39,094 nt of DNA from positions 1-39,094 of the forward strand of contig JBHHVU010000028.1 of the NCBI GenBank assembly GCA_046754465.1, in the 5' to 3' direction. Both the position numbers and the translations under genes were made by a program. The notes below the pieces were generated by a model. That model was not told the origin of the DNA, searched no databases, and saw nothing but the letters and a program-made list of their open reading frames with translations. Source of the stretch: Nitrospinaceae bacterium. Lineage in GTDB: Bacteria > Nitrospinota > Nitrospinia > Nitrospinales > VA-1. Below are positions 10,612 to 19,728 of this stretch, piece after piece (position 1 is the first letter of the stretch; each line of letters opens with the position of its first letter).

Positions 10612-11919
10612 TTATTTGAGATCCGCGGCGCAACGAAATCCCAGGCCATCGATCCGGTAATCCACCCAGAATCCCTTACGGCTGCTGGACCGCAGGTCGG
10701 TGGGGCCGTTTTCCCAGGAACCTCCGCGAACGGTTTTATAATTGGTGGCTCCCCGCAGCACTTCTTCTGAACGGTGGGGACCTGTCGGATCTTTTTTGGG
10801 ACTTGTGCGATAGTAATTTTCCTCCATCCAGTCGGCCACCCACTCGGCCACGTTTCCCGCCATATCGTGGAGTCCGAACGCATTGGGCGGGAACGACCCC
10901 ACCGGCGCCGTATGGGGGAACCCATCGGAAATTGTTGCGTTCCGAATGTTCAGGGTACAAGAACTGTCGCAGAAATTGGCTTTTTTCGGGGCCACGGTAT
11001 CGCCCCAATAATAGCGGTCGCGGGTCCCCGCGCGGGAGCCGTATTCCCATTCCGCCTCGGTGGGCAGGCGTTTGTTTGATTTTTTGCAATATTGGTTGGC
11101 CTCGATCCAGGTGACGCTTTCCACGGGAAGATCCGCGCCGACGAAGCGGGAGGGATTCGTTCCCATTTTCAACTGGAACTCTCTTTGGGTCACCTCGTAT
11201 TTGTCCATTTTAAGGGGGGAGACACAAACCTCATGCACGGGCCGTTCATCCAGGTCGCCATCCTCGCTTCCCATGGAGAAACAGCCTCCCTCGAGGGTCA
11301 CCATTTCCTCGGGCCCCTTGGATTTGGACGCGCCGATCAGTTTGATCTTGACTTGGTCCTGAAGTTTTTTGACCTGTTCATTGGCGATGAGCGGCACCCC
11401 CATGTACTTGATCCTGGCCCGGTGTTTAGGGACCAGTTCCATCCTTTTCTCTTTCAAAAAAAACAGCCGGTAATGAGGAACCGGCTCGGGCCGGACGGGG
11501 GTCAGGTAATTCCTCATGTTGTTCTTTCCTATTTCTTTCAGGACAACCGTCTCGTCCACCAACTCCGCTTCGAGAGGTTCGCTTTCCCCTTCCAGGGTGA
11601 CCATGACCCTTTTTCCCTTCAAGACTTTCATGGAAAGAATCCGTTCGATCAGAGGCTCCGCCTCCGCGTATTTTTCCAGGGCCACTTTTGCCTCCGCGAG
11701 GGATTTCAAGATCCGGTAATTATCGGGTTCCATTTGAAGGGCCTGGGAATAAAATTTTTCCGCGGCGGCATAATCTTTTATGGCCACGGCCCGGTCACCC
11801 TCATCTATTTTTTGGACGATATCGGCAAACACCGATTCAGACGGCAGAATCATTAAACAAAGGAGCACGGCCCCCACGGCGGGAATGAATTTGATCGGAA
11901 GAATGGGAAATACCTTCAT
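10612..11919 (-). CDS. Exported protein with N-terminal TPRs and C-terminal FGE-sulfatase (SUMF1/EgtB/PvdO-like) domain
   Basis: Signal peptide, TPR-like helices; FSMGS, RLPTEAEWEY, PNAFGLHDMAGNVAEW, RGGSW, GFRC motifs; AAGGAG RBS. Confidence 0.9.
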   Translation of the reverse strand: MKVFPILPIKFIPAVGAVLLCLMILPSESVFADIVQKIDEGDRAVAIKDYAAAEKFYSQALQMEPDNYRILKSLAEAKVALEKYAEAEPLIERILSMKVLKGKRVMVTLEGESEPLEAELVDETVVLKEIGKNNMRNYLTPVRPEPVPHYRLFFLKEKRMELVPKHRARIKYMGVPLIANEQVKKLQDQVKIKLIGASKSKGPEEMVTLEGGCFSMGSEDGDLDERPVHEVCVSPLKMDKYEVTQREFQLKMGTNPSRFVGADLPVESVTWIEANQYCKKSNKRLPTEAEWEYGSRAGTRDRYYWGDTVAPKKANFCDSSCTLNIRNATISDGFPHTAPVGSFPPNAFGLHDMAGNVAEWVADWMEENYYRTSPKKDPTGPHRSEEVLRGATNYKTVRGGSWENGPTDLRSSSRKGFWVDYRIDGLGFRCAADLK

Positions 11920-11969
11920 AAGCTGGCTCCTTCTTATTTTTTATGTTCTGAATATCTGTGGAGGATTTT

Positions 11970-11991
11970 GGGAATGTATTATAGCATTCCC
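11970..11991 (-). promoter_or_regulatory. Extended -10 (TGcTATAAT, 11986-11978) embedded in a perfect 7-bp inverted repeat (candidate operator)
   Basis: GGGAATG-tattatag-CATTCCC, ~60 nt upstream of the FGE gene start. Confidence 0.5.
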
Positions 11992-12094
11992 GCAAACGAT
12001 TAAAAGAGGATTGAAAAATTCCGCCAGAAGGAGCCGCGGGTGGGTGGGACGTGCGGCGGATGGGGGGGGGGAGACGTTCCCAGAAACCTTTTTG

Positions 12095-12268
12095 TTATTT
12101 ACCGTTCTTTTTACCGCGAACCTGCTTTCCCGTTTTGCCCGCCGGAGGCACCCGGGAATCCTGCACGGTCTTGGTCTTTTTCAGGGCGTTCCAATCCTCA
12201 TCGAGGTCGATGCCCTTCTTTTTCTTGTATTTATCTCTACGGGGGAAATAATCGATTTCGTCAATCAT
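12095..12268 (-). CDS. Small lysine-rich hypothetical protein (57 aa), not in the ORF track
   Basis: MIDEIDYFPRRDKYKKKKGIDLDEDWNALKKTKTVQDSRVPPAGKTGKQVRGKKNGK; GAGGTG RBS just upstream; begins 27 nt after the GT-C gene stop. Confidence 0.65.
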   Translation of the reverse strand: MIDEIDYFPRRDKYKKKKGIDLDEDWNALKKTKTVQDSRVPPAGKTGKQVRGKKNGK

Positions 12269-12295
12269 GCCACCACCTCGAAAAAAACGGATGAG

Positions 12296-14506
12296 TCACT
12301 GGGTTTCCGCCGTGGAATCCGGCCGGTATAATTTCACCAGCTTGTCGACCTCGGGTCCCCGGACACCCAGCCGCAGAGCCCGGTTCAGATGCATCCGCGC
12401 CGGCCCGGGTTGATTCATCATAGTATACACCACCGCGAGGTTGGCGTGGCCCGGACCATAATTGGGATCGATCGTGACCGCGGTCTCCAGCATTCCGCGG
12501 GCCAGATGCAATTTCCGCTGATTGACATATACCTGGGCCAGCGCGTCGCAGGCGTTTTTATTGAACGGCCAGGCGCGGATGGCGGCCTTCAACGCCGATT
12601 CGGCCTCCGTATACTTACCGAGAATATTCAGGTTGCTGCCGAAATTCGTCAAGGCTACGCTGTGCTTGGGATTCCGTTCCAGTCCCTTGGCATAATATTC
12701 ATTGGCCCGGGTCAGGTTTCCCCGCATATTCCAGGTGACCCCGATTTTAAAATAAGGATTCCACAGCCGGGGCATCAGGGCCGACGCTTCGGTGTATGCG
12801 GCGCGGGCCTGGACGGCATCCCCCTTTCCCAAAAAGGAATCTCCCAGGCGCATCCGCTCCAGATAGGTCTGCCGCACGCGGACCTCTTCCGGACTCATCG
12901 TGGGGGCGGCCCAGGCGATGATGCCCAAAAGAAACACGGTAACCAGAACCGCCTTGCCAAAAATTATCCCCGGTAATCCGAGAATAGCACGAAACCGGGG
13001 AAATCTCCCCGCGTTCCCAACGGCCCACACGGCCAGCCCCACAAAACCCAACTGAAGCAAGGGAAAGATCAGGGTGAAGAGCACATCCCGGTAGTCCACT
13101 CCCTGGGGATGGTCCAGAAACAGCAGACGGACAAAATTGGTGGAACGCAGCAGTTGACCCGGATGGTCCCACAAGAGTTGAGGGACGCTGCCCAGCGCCT
13201 CCAAAGAAAAGCGTGGATGGTTGTAGGGCAGGGTGACCTTGTATTGCACGATCATGAAATACTGGGCCAGCACGCAGCCGGACACGAAAACCAGGGCGCC
13301 CACCCGCCCCGGGCGAGTTTCCTGGACCCGCTCGACAAGCGCCGCCAGACCCACGGCGAATACCGGAAGCGCGGAGATCAGGTGACGGTGCCCATAGGAC
13401 GCCGAATCCTCGGGATAGATGACGATGACCGAAATCAATCCTCCCACATAGGCCAGCAGGGGAAACCGGAGGCCCCGCAAAAATTCGCTTTTAAGGAAAA
13501 GTCCGGCGATCCCCGCCACCGCCAGGGGCATGGAAAACACCAATCCCCAACGGGCGTCGAAAAACAAAGAGAACAGATTTTTTAAAAAGGAAATCGGGGA
13601 AAACCCGGTCAGACCCTCGCCCGCGAAATGCAGGTGTCTCGGCGGAAGCGGGATCCCGTTCAGTTTGTACCAGCAGTAAAACTGGGGCAGCATCAAAAAC
13701 AGAAAGCCCGCAGTGAATGCCGCCAGACGGACCAAGAGTTTCCGGAGCCGCGCCGATTGGAAACCCGAATCCCGCGAGAGGAAAAGGGCCGCCTGATCGG
13801 CCACGTAAAGGGCGAAAAAGGCCACGTTGATCACCCTCACCATGCATAAGAGGCCCAGCACCCCGCCCAGGATCACGTGCCAGGCCAGATCTTCCGATTT
13901 TCTCAGCCGGCACCAGGCCAGCAGAAGAATCGCCGCCACAAAATATTCGACCGTATGGGCCATCCTCTGACGGATGAAGCTGAAATAGAGAAGCGGCGAC
14001 GCCAACCACATTCCCAGGGTGGCAAGCCAGGCCACCCGCTCGCGGACGAACCGGTTCAGGAGATGAAACACCACCAGCAGGCCGGCAAACAACCAGGTCC
14101 CGGAAGCCACCGCCGTGGCGATGTAATAAGGGGCGGAATACCCGTCCACGGAGACCGGATATCCCAGGGCGTGATAGAGCCAGGCCAACCCGTGCCCGGC
14201 AAGGAAAAACGGGAAAAACAGCAGCGCCTGGCCGATCTGCCAATTGTTGAAAACGTATCCCGTCGGGGTGAATTGTTCGGCGTGCGCGTAATTCCGTTCG
14301 TCCGCGAAGTCGAGGTCGCCGTCGAAAAATAGCGACCGCAGGTAGGCATAATACCCCGTATCATCGCCCCCGTCGATCGTGGTTACCGAATAATAGCCTG
14401 TTTGGGCGGTTTGAGAGACCCAGCTATTGAACAGTCCGAGGGGAGTCAGGAAAAGGAAAAACAGATAAAAGATGCCGGCCGGTATGAGGAAGCTTCTTTC
14501 AGACAT
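12296..14506 (-). CDS. Polytopic GT-C-fold (PMT/GT39-like) glycosyltransferase with C-terminal TPRs
   Basis: Acidic loop GGDDTGYYAYLRSLFFDGDL after TM1, more than 10 hydrophobic segments, SYGHRHL motif, about five TPRs at the C-terminus. Confidence 0.75.
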   Translation of the reverse strand: MSERSFLIPAGIFYLFFLFLTPLGLFNSWVSQTAQTGYYSVTTIDGGDDTGYYAYLRSLFFDGDLDFADERNYAHAEQFTPTGYVFNNWQIGQALLFFPFFLAGHGLAWLYHALGYPVSVDGYSAPYYIATAVASGTWLFAGLLVVFHLLNRFVRERVAWLATLGMWLASPLLYFSFIRQRMAHTVEYFVAAILLLAWCRLRKSEDLAWHVILGGVLGLLCMVRVINVAFFALYVADQAALFLSRDSGFQSARLRKLLVRLAAFTAGFLFLMLPQFYCWYKLNGIPLPPRHLHFAGEGLTGFSPISFLKNLFSLFFDARWGLVFSMPLAVAGIAGLFLKSEFLRGLRFPLLAYVGGLISVIVIYPEDSASYGHRHLISALPVFAVGLAALVERVQETRPGRVGALVFVSGCVLAQYFMIVQYKVTLPYNHPRFSLEALGSVPQLLWDHPGQLLRSTNFVRLLFLDHPQGVDYRDVLFTLIFPLLQLGFVGLAVWAVGNAGRFPRFRAILGLPGIIFGKAVLVTVFLLGIIAWAAPTMSPEEVRVRQTYLERMRLGDSFLGKGDAVQARAAYTEASALMPRLWNPYFKIGVTWNMRGNLTRANEYYAKGLERNPKHSVALTNFGSNLNILGKYTEAESALKAAIRAWPFNKNACDALAQVYVNQRKLHLARGMLETAVTIDPNYGPGHANLAVVYTMMNQPGPARMHLNRALRLGVRGPEVDKLVKLYRPDSTAETQ

Positions 14507-14605
14507 AGAGAGAATCCGGTTTGCGGGAGGGACGCCGGCGGGAATCTCCCCGCACCGCGCCGTGGGATGCGGGAACGGGCCGCGGGCCTTCCCGCGGTCC
14601 CCCGG

Positions 14606-15727
14606 CTAGACCACCAGTCCTTTTTCCACCAGCCGCCGGTGAGCGTCTTCGACCATGGAGACGGATTCCTGGGAATCACTCCAGACCACGAGATCCTCCA
14701 ACCCTTCCTTCAAATCGATCCGCGGTTCGTATCCCAGTGACCGGATTCGCGCGATATCGCCGTAACAGTGCCGGATGTCTCCCTGTCGGAATTTGCGGAT
14801 CACGTTGGGATGGAAGGATTTGCCGCACAATTCGATGAGGGCTTCGGCGACCTCCAGAATGGAAGTGGGCCGCCCGGTTCCAATATTAAAGATCCCGTAA
14901 TTTGCCTCGCACCGGTCGAGCAGGAGGAGCTTTCCGCGCACTAGGTCCTTGACGTGAATCAAATCCCGTTTTTGTAGTCCGTCCTCGTAAATCAGGGGTG
15001 GCTTGCCGTTCAGGACGCTGGAACAGAAGATGGCCGCCGCGCCTGTGTAGGGATTGTTCAGGGACTGCCGGGGACCGTAGCAGTTGAAATAGCGGCAGGC
15101 CACCGTTGGAATCCTGTAGGCCTCGCCAATCATGAGGGAATAGACTTCCTGATCCTTCTTGCTCTGCGCGTAAACGGAAGTGCAATGCAGTTCCGTCTCC
15201 TCATGGGTGGGGACGGGTTCCATCGTGGCACGGCAAACGGGGCATACCATTTCCCATCCGCCTGACCGGAGTTGTTCCCCGGGCCGGGGCGGCGGGGAAA
15301 ATTCCCCGTGTTCGGCACAGACATACCTGCCCTCTCCATACAGGCTCATGGAACTGGCCACGAGAACCTTTTCCACCCGGTGGGAGTCATTCACCAAGAT
15401 GTCCCACAACACCCCGGTTCCCTGAACGTTGGTGGAGATGTACTGGTCGATCGAATACATCGATTGACCGACCCCGACCTCCGCCGCGTCGTGAATGACA
15501 ATTTCAATGCCGTCGAGCGCCTGCTTCAAGGCCTCCCGGTCGCGCACATCCCCCAGGATGAATTCCGCGTCCTCATGCAGATAAGCCGGCCTTTGGGCGT
15601 CGGGCCCGTGAACCTGGGCGTTTAGATTATCGAAAACCCGAACCGTGTCCCCCCGTTCGACCAGCGCGTCCACCGTATGCGAACCGATAAATCCAGCCCC
15701 ACCCGTAACCAATACTTTTTTACCCAT
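14606..15727 (-). CDS. NAD-dependent NDP-sugar epimerase/dehydratase with CxxH...CxxC insertion
   Basis: [22 protein letters not shown]; insertion CAEH...CPVC. Confidence 0.9.
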   Translation of the reverse strand: MGKKVLVTGGAGFIGSHTVDALVERGDTVRVFDNLNAQVHGPDAQRPAYLHEDAEFILGDVRDREALKQALDGIEIVIHDAAEVGVGQSMYSIDQYISTNVQGTGVLWDILVNDSHRVEKVLVASSMSLYGEGRYVCAEHGEFSPPPRPGEQLRSGGWEMVCPVCRATMEPVPTHEETELHCTSVYAQSKKDQEVYSLMIGEAYRIPTVACRYFNCYGPRQSLNNPYTGAAAIFCSSVLNGKPPLIYEDGLQKRDLIHVKDLVRGKLLLLDRCEANYGIFNIGTGRPTSILEVAEALIELCGKSFHPNVIRKFRQGDIRHCYGDIARIRSLGYEPRIDLKEGLEDLVVWSDSQESVSMVEDAHRRLVEKGLVV

Positions 15728-16053
15728 GTGCGATTTCCAAGGAAGAATTATGAAATTAAAAAAATCGATGCAAGATAAACATCACCCGGATTTCCCCGGC
15801 GCCGGGATACAGGTTCCCGTACCTTATCCCTTCGTCATTTTCAGCGATTTCCTTGAGTAAATTCAAGCCTTCGGATCCATCACTCCTCCTTCCTCCCGGG
15901 GGTGAGAGGTCCCTTCCCTTCGCCGGCCACATCCTTTTCTCAAGGAAATTCCTATAAAAGGGTATGGGTTTGGTTGAATATGTGATATTCAAGCATTCAT
16001 AATTTCAAATCCCAGATCGTCCTGAAACCCGGCACAAGACACGTGTAAAAACC

Positions 16054-17220
16054 ATGCGATTTGTTACCGAAGAGCGTCCGACCATCCTTGTCATCGACGA
16101 CTCCGATGAAGTTCGAGACTTGATCACACTGGTATTAAAAGACGAATTCGACCTCAAGGCCGCCTCCAACGGCCGGGAAGGACTCGAAAAATACATGCAG
16201 GAAAAACCGGACCTGGTTCTCACCGACATCGATATGCCTGAAATGGATGGCTACGAGGTTTGCCGGCGCATCAAGGCCATGACCTCCAACACTTTTGTCC
16301 CCATCATTTTTATTACCAGCAAAAATGACCTGGAATGGATGAAAGAAGGGCTCAAAATCGGCGCCGAGGATTACCTGACCAAACCCTTTGAGCCGGAGGA
16401 ACTGCTCGCCCGGGTGCGGGCCGTCCTCCGTACAAAAAAACTGTACAATCAACTCCAGGAAGCCTATACCCTGATCGACCGGGAACGCGATATCATCGCG
16501 GATATCCAGCGCAGCCTGCTTTGCCCCCATCCTCCCCGGATTGACGGATTCCAGTTCTTCTTCGATTACCAACCTTCCTCCAAGGCGGGGGGCGACTACT
16601 ACGATTTCATCGAGGTGGACGGCGACCACCTGGGGGTCCTGGTGTCTGATGTCTCCGGTCATGGGACCCCTGCGGCGGTCATCATGGCCATGTTGCGCGT
16701 CCTGCTTCGCTCCTCCTTTGCCCAAATCCTGTCTCCGCGGGAAACTCTCAACAAAATCAATCGTTTTCTTTGCGGCACCCTGGGGATGGGATACTTCATT
16801 ACCTGTTTTTACGGAATCATCCATCTGCCCTCCCGGCGGATGAAATATTCTTCCGCCGGACATAACCCGCCGATTGTTATCGATTATGATTCCGGGCAAG
16901 TACGGACCCTGTCCACCAGCAGGGGATTTCCTCTCATGATTTCGCCCCAAAACGTCCTCGAAGAGCGGGAGCTGCAACTGCTTCCCAACAGCAAGCTGAT
17001 CCTCTATACCGACGGCCTCACGGAAACCAGGGATCGATCGGGAAAAATGTTCGGCTCCCAACGGCTGGAGAACCTGCTTTTGGAATTGGGAAAGAACCGG
17101 AACGCCCAGGAACTGGGAAAAAAAATCAAGGACACCGTTCAGCAGTTTGCCCAAAGCACGACGTTCGAGGACGATTACACCCTGGTTATCCTCGAGGTGG
17201 AATCCGGACTCGGGAAATAA
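16054..17220 (+). CDS. Response regulator receiver fused to PP2C/SpoIIE (RsbU-like) phosphatase
   Basis: REC domain (IDD, DIDMPEMDG, KPF) followed by GGDYYD, DVSGHG, YTDGLTE, DDYT. Confidence 0.93.
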   Translation: MRFVTEERPTILVIDDSDEVRDLITLVLKDEFDLKAASNGREGLEKYMQEKPDLVLTDIDMPEMDGYEVCRRIKAMTSNTFVPIIFITSKNDLEWMKEGLKIGAEDYLTKPFEPEELLARVRAVLRTKKLYNQLQEAYTLIDRERDIIADIQRSLLCPHPPRIDGFQFFFDYQPSSKAGGDYYDFIEVDGDHLGVLVSDVSGHGTPAAVIMAMLRVLLRSSFAQILSPRETLNKINRFLCGTLGMGYFITCFYGIIHLPSRRMKYSSAGHNPPIVIDYDSGQVRTLSTSRGFPLMISPQNVLEERELQLLPNSKLILYTDGLTETRDRSGKMFGSQRLENLLLELGKNRNAQELGKKIKDTVQQFAQSTTFEDDYTLVILEVESGLGK

Positions 17221-17374
17221 ACCTCTCCCTCTTTTGTTTCTTTCTGTGTTGATAAATCCCTAGAACCGGCTGTTTATTCCATTCATTTTTGTCCAAAAAC
17301 TCTCCACCCGCGGGCTCGGCCCCCTTCTTTTCAAGAAAAAATTGACGTGATTTTTTTTGGGGCTGGACCTATAT

Positions 17375-17572
17375 TTTATTTGAAGGGGGAATGAATCCCA
17401 GCGATCCTCCCAGGGAGATTCGGGAAGGAATGAAGCGCCCGAATATCACTGGCTGGGAGGAGTTCCTCCTCGATACCCCTTGAAATAAATTGGGGGAGTT
17501 TGGGAAGGTGATAGTTAACTCCAAGAGGATCGGTAGATCAATGGGCTCCGCGGAATTTGCTTTCCGGAGCCC
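17375..17572 (+). other. Highly self-complementary leader upstream of the por operon (candidate cis-regulatory RNA or MITE-like element)
   Basis: Nested stems: 17375-88/17476-89 (13/14), 17396-402/17452-58, 17418-24/17438-44, 17457-62/17466-71, 17543-50/17565-72. Confidence 0.4.
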
Positions 17573-17587
17573 CATGGGAGGTCGGCC

Positions 17588-18493
17588 ATGCTCCGCATAC
17601 GTTTCCATGGTCGCGGCGGTCAGGGAATCAAAACAGCCAGTCAAATCCTGGGGACGGCGGGATTTTTCTCAGGACTCCACGCCCAGGATTTTCCATTATA
17701 CGGCGCGGAACGCCGGGGCGCTCCCATCTGCGCGTTCACCCGGTTGGACGAGAACGATGTTCTGGAACGCGGAGCCATCCAACATCCCCATCTGATTCTA
17801 ATAGCCGATGAAACTCTTATCGATGATCCAATCGCGGCTCCCCTTCGTGGAGCCGATTCTTTAACGGGAATATTCATCAACTCCCCGCATACCGGAAAGG
17901 CGCTGGCCGATCATTACGATCTGCCCGCGGTTCCCGTCACACTGGATTTAACTTCCCGGTGCATTCGATACCTGAAAAAAGGAACCATACTGAGTTCGGC
18001 GCTTGCGGCGGCGGGGGCGCGCCTGTCCGGAATAATCGAATTCTCAAGGCTTCAGGAAGCCATCCGGCAAGAATTGGAACAACAGGGATTAAGGGGAGAT
18101 TTAGTCCAGCGAAACCTGGATCTGGCGGATGAGACCTTCAACGCCATCTCCCCGATTATTTTCAAAAAGCGTGAGGAAGCGGTTCCGGGTCCGGCCCGGA
18201 TGATCGGCCTGGTCCGGCAAGACCCGGAACACGCGGCGCCGCTGATCTTGAATCCGGGAAACATGGCATTCCGGAAAACAGGCAACTGGCGGATGGAGCG
18301 TCCGGAGATGGAGTACGAAAAATGCAACGGCTGCTGGATCTGCTTTGTGCGTTGTCCCGACGGGGCGATGGGAATCCGGCCCGACGCCAAACCGGAGATC
18401 GACTACGACCATTGCAAAGGATGCCTGATCTGCGCCCAGGAATGCCCGACCCACGCGATTCACGTCAGCAGGGAGGTTTCGTCATGGTCTTGA
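17588..18493 (+). CDS. porC: 2-oxoacid:ferredoxin oxidoreductase gamma subunit fused to delta (2x[4Fe-4S]) subunit
   Basis: RFHGRGGQG, YGAERRGAP; C-terminal CNGCWICFVRCP and CKGCLICAQECP; GGGAGG RBS. Confidence 0.92.
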   Translation: MLRIRFHGRGGQGIKTASQILGTAGFFSGLHAQDFPLYGAERRGAPICAFTRLDENDVLERGAIQHPHLILIADETLIDDPIAAPLRGADSLTGIFINSPHTGKALADHYDLPAVPVTLDLTSRCIRYLKKGTILSSALAAAGARLSGIIEFSRLQEAIRQELEQQGLRGDLVQRNLDLADETFNAISPIIFKKREEAVPGPARMIGLVRQDPEHAAPLILNPGNMAFRKTGNWRMERPEMEYEKCNGCWICFVRCPDGAMGIRPDAKPEIDYDHCKGCLICAQECPTHAIHVSREVSSWS

Positions 18494-19728
18494 ACAAACA
18501 CAAAACATTGATGCTGACCGGCAACAAGGCGGCCGCATGGGGCGCGAGATTGGCCGGAGTGGATTATGTCCCGGCGTTTCCCATCACGCCGCAAACGGAG
18601 ATCGTCGAAACGCTGGCTCAATGGTTCGCCGACGGGACGATGCGCGGGAAATTCACCAACATGGACTCCGAACACTCCATGTTGGCGGCGGCGGGGGCGG
18701 CGGCGGCCTCAGGGGTCCGGGTGTTCACCGCTTCTTCCAGCCAGGGTATCCTTTTTGGACTGGAAATGCTTTACACCATCGCCGGGTGGCGGGTCCCGTT
18801 CGTCCTGGTCAATGTCTCCCGGGCTCTGGCCTCACCCATCACTCTGGAACCGGATCACAACGACGTGATGGCCACGCGCGATACGGGAATCGTGCAATTG
18901 CACGCGGAGACCTGCCAGGAAGTGCTGGACCTTGTATTGATCGCGTTTCGAATCGCCGAGGATTCCCGCGTCTGTCTCCCGGTTCTGGTCAACCTCGACG
19001 GATTTTATCTTTCCTTCACGCGCGAGCCCGTGGAACTGCCCGATGAAAGAAAGGTGCGCAGTTTCCTTCCCCCGTTTCATCCGGTCCAGCCGGTATTTCA
19101 GGCGTCTCGGCCGCAGGCGCGGGCATCGGCGGCACTGGGAGGCACGGTTTATTCCTACTTCAAACTCCAGCATCATCTATCCGCCAAAATCGCGGAAAAG
19201 GTTTTCAATGAGGTGGCTAGGGAATACGGAGCCCGTTTCGGGCGGTTCCATGAACCCGTCGAACGATACCGGATGGAGGACGCGGACACCGTTTTCGTAA
19301 TGAGCAACTCGTTCGCCACCAAGGGCAAGGCCGCGGTCAACCGTCTTCGGAAACAGGGCATCCGGGCCGGCCTTTTAAAGCTATGTCTGTTTCGGCCTTT
19401 CCCGGCCGGGGCGGTGGCCGATGCCCTGTGCGGCCACCCCAAGGTGGCGGTCATCGATCAGAATATCTCGCCCGGCGCGGGAGGCATCACCTTTCCCGAA
19501 ATCGCGGCCGCCCTCTATTCCCGGAACAACCGGCCGCGGCGGCTGCTCTCGGTCATTGGCGGGTTGGGCGGCAAGGACATCGGCGAGGATGATTTCAGAT
19601 CGATCGTGGACGCCCTGGACCGACCCGATTGCCGGGGTCCGTTGATCCTGTTTCATGAGGAGGACTTGGAAGGATTCCGAACTCTTCAGAAGGTCGCGGT
19701 GGGTCATGAGGAGGCGAGAGAAAGATGA
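18484..19728 (+). CDS. porA: 2-oxoacid (pyruvate/2-ketoisovalerate-type):ferredoxin oxidoreductase alpha subunit
   Basis: AFPITPQTEI, SEHS, TASSSQG, LDGFYLS; start MVLNKH overlaps the upstream stop and has a GGAGG RBS. Confidence 0.92.
   Translation: MVLNKHKTLMLTGNKAAAWGARLAGVDYVPAFPITPQTEIVETLAQWFADGTMRGKFTNMDSEHSMLAAAGAAAASGVRVFTASSSQGILFGLEMLYTIAGWRVPFVLVNVSRALASPITLEPDHNDVMATRDTGIVQLHAETCQEVLDLVLIAFRIAEDSRVCLPVLVNLDGFYLSFTREPVELPDERKVRSFLPPFHPVQPVFQASRPQARASAALGGTVYSYFKLQHHLSAKIAEKVFNEVAREYGARFGRFHEPVERYRMEDADTVFVMSNSFATKGKAAVNRLRKQGIRAGLLKLCLFRPFPAGAVADALCGHPKVAVIDQNISPGAGGITFPEIAAALYSRNNRPRRLLSVIGGLGGKDIGEDDFRSIVDALDRPDCRGPLILFHEEDLEGFRTLQKVAVGHEEARER

Noticed and set aside
10612..10760. 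FGE/C-type-lectin C-terminus as a diversity-generating retroelement target
   Set aside because: No template repeat or reverse transcriptase was seen in the window.
12062..12071. G10 tract as a phase-variation switch
   Set aside because: Intergenic and ~75 nt upstream of the predicted -10, outside the promoter spacer; no supporting evidence.
17383..17545. Canonical TPP riboswitch
   Set aside because: Has CTGGGA rather than CTGAGA and lacks the CCTGAT...GCGnAGGGA half; kept only as an unknown structured leader.
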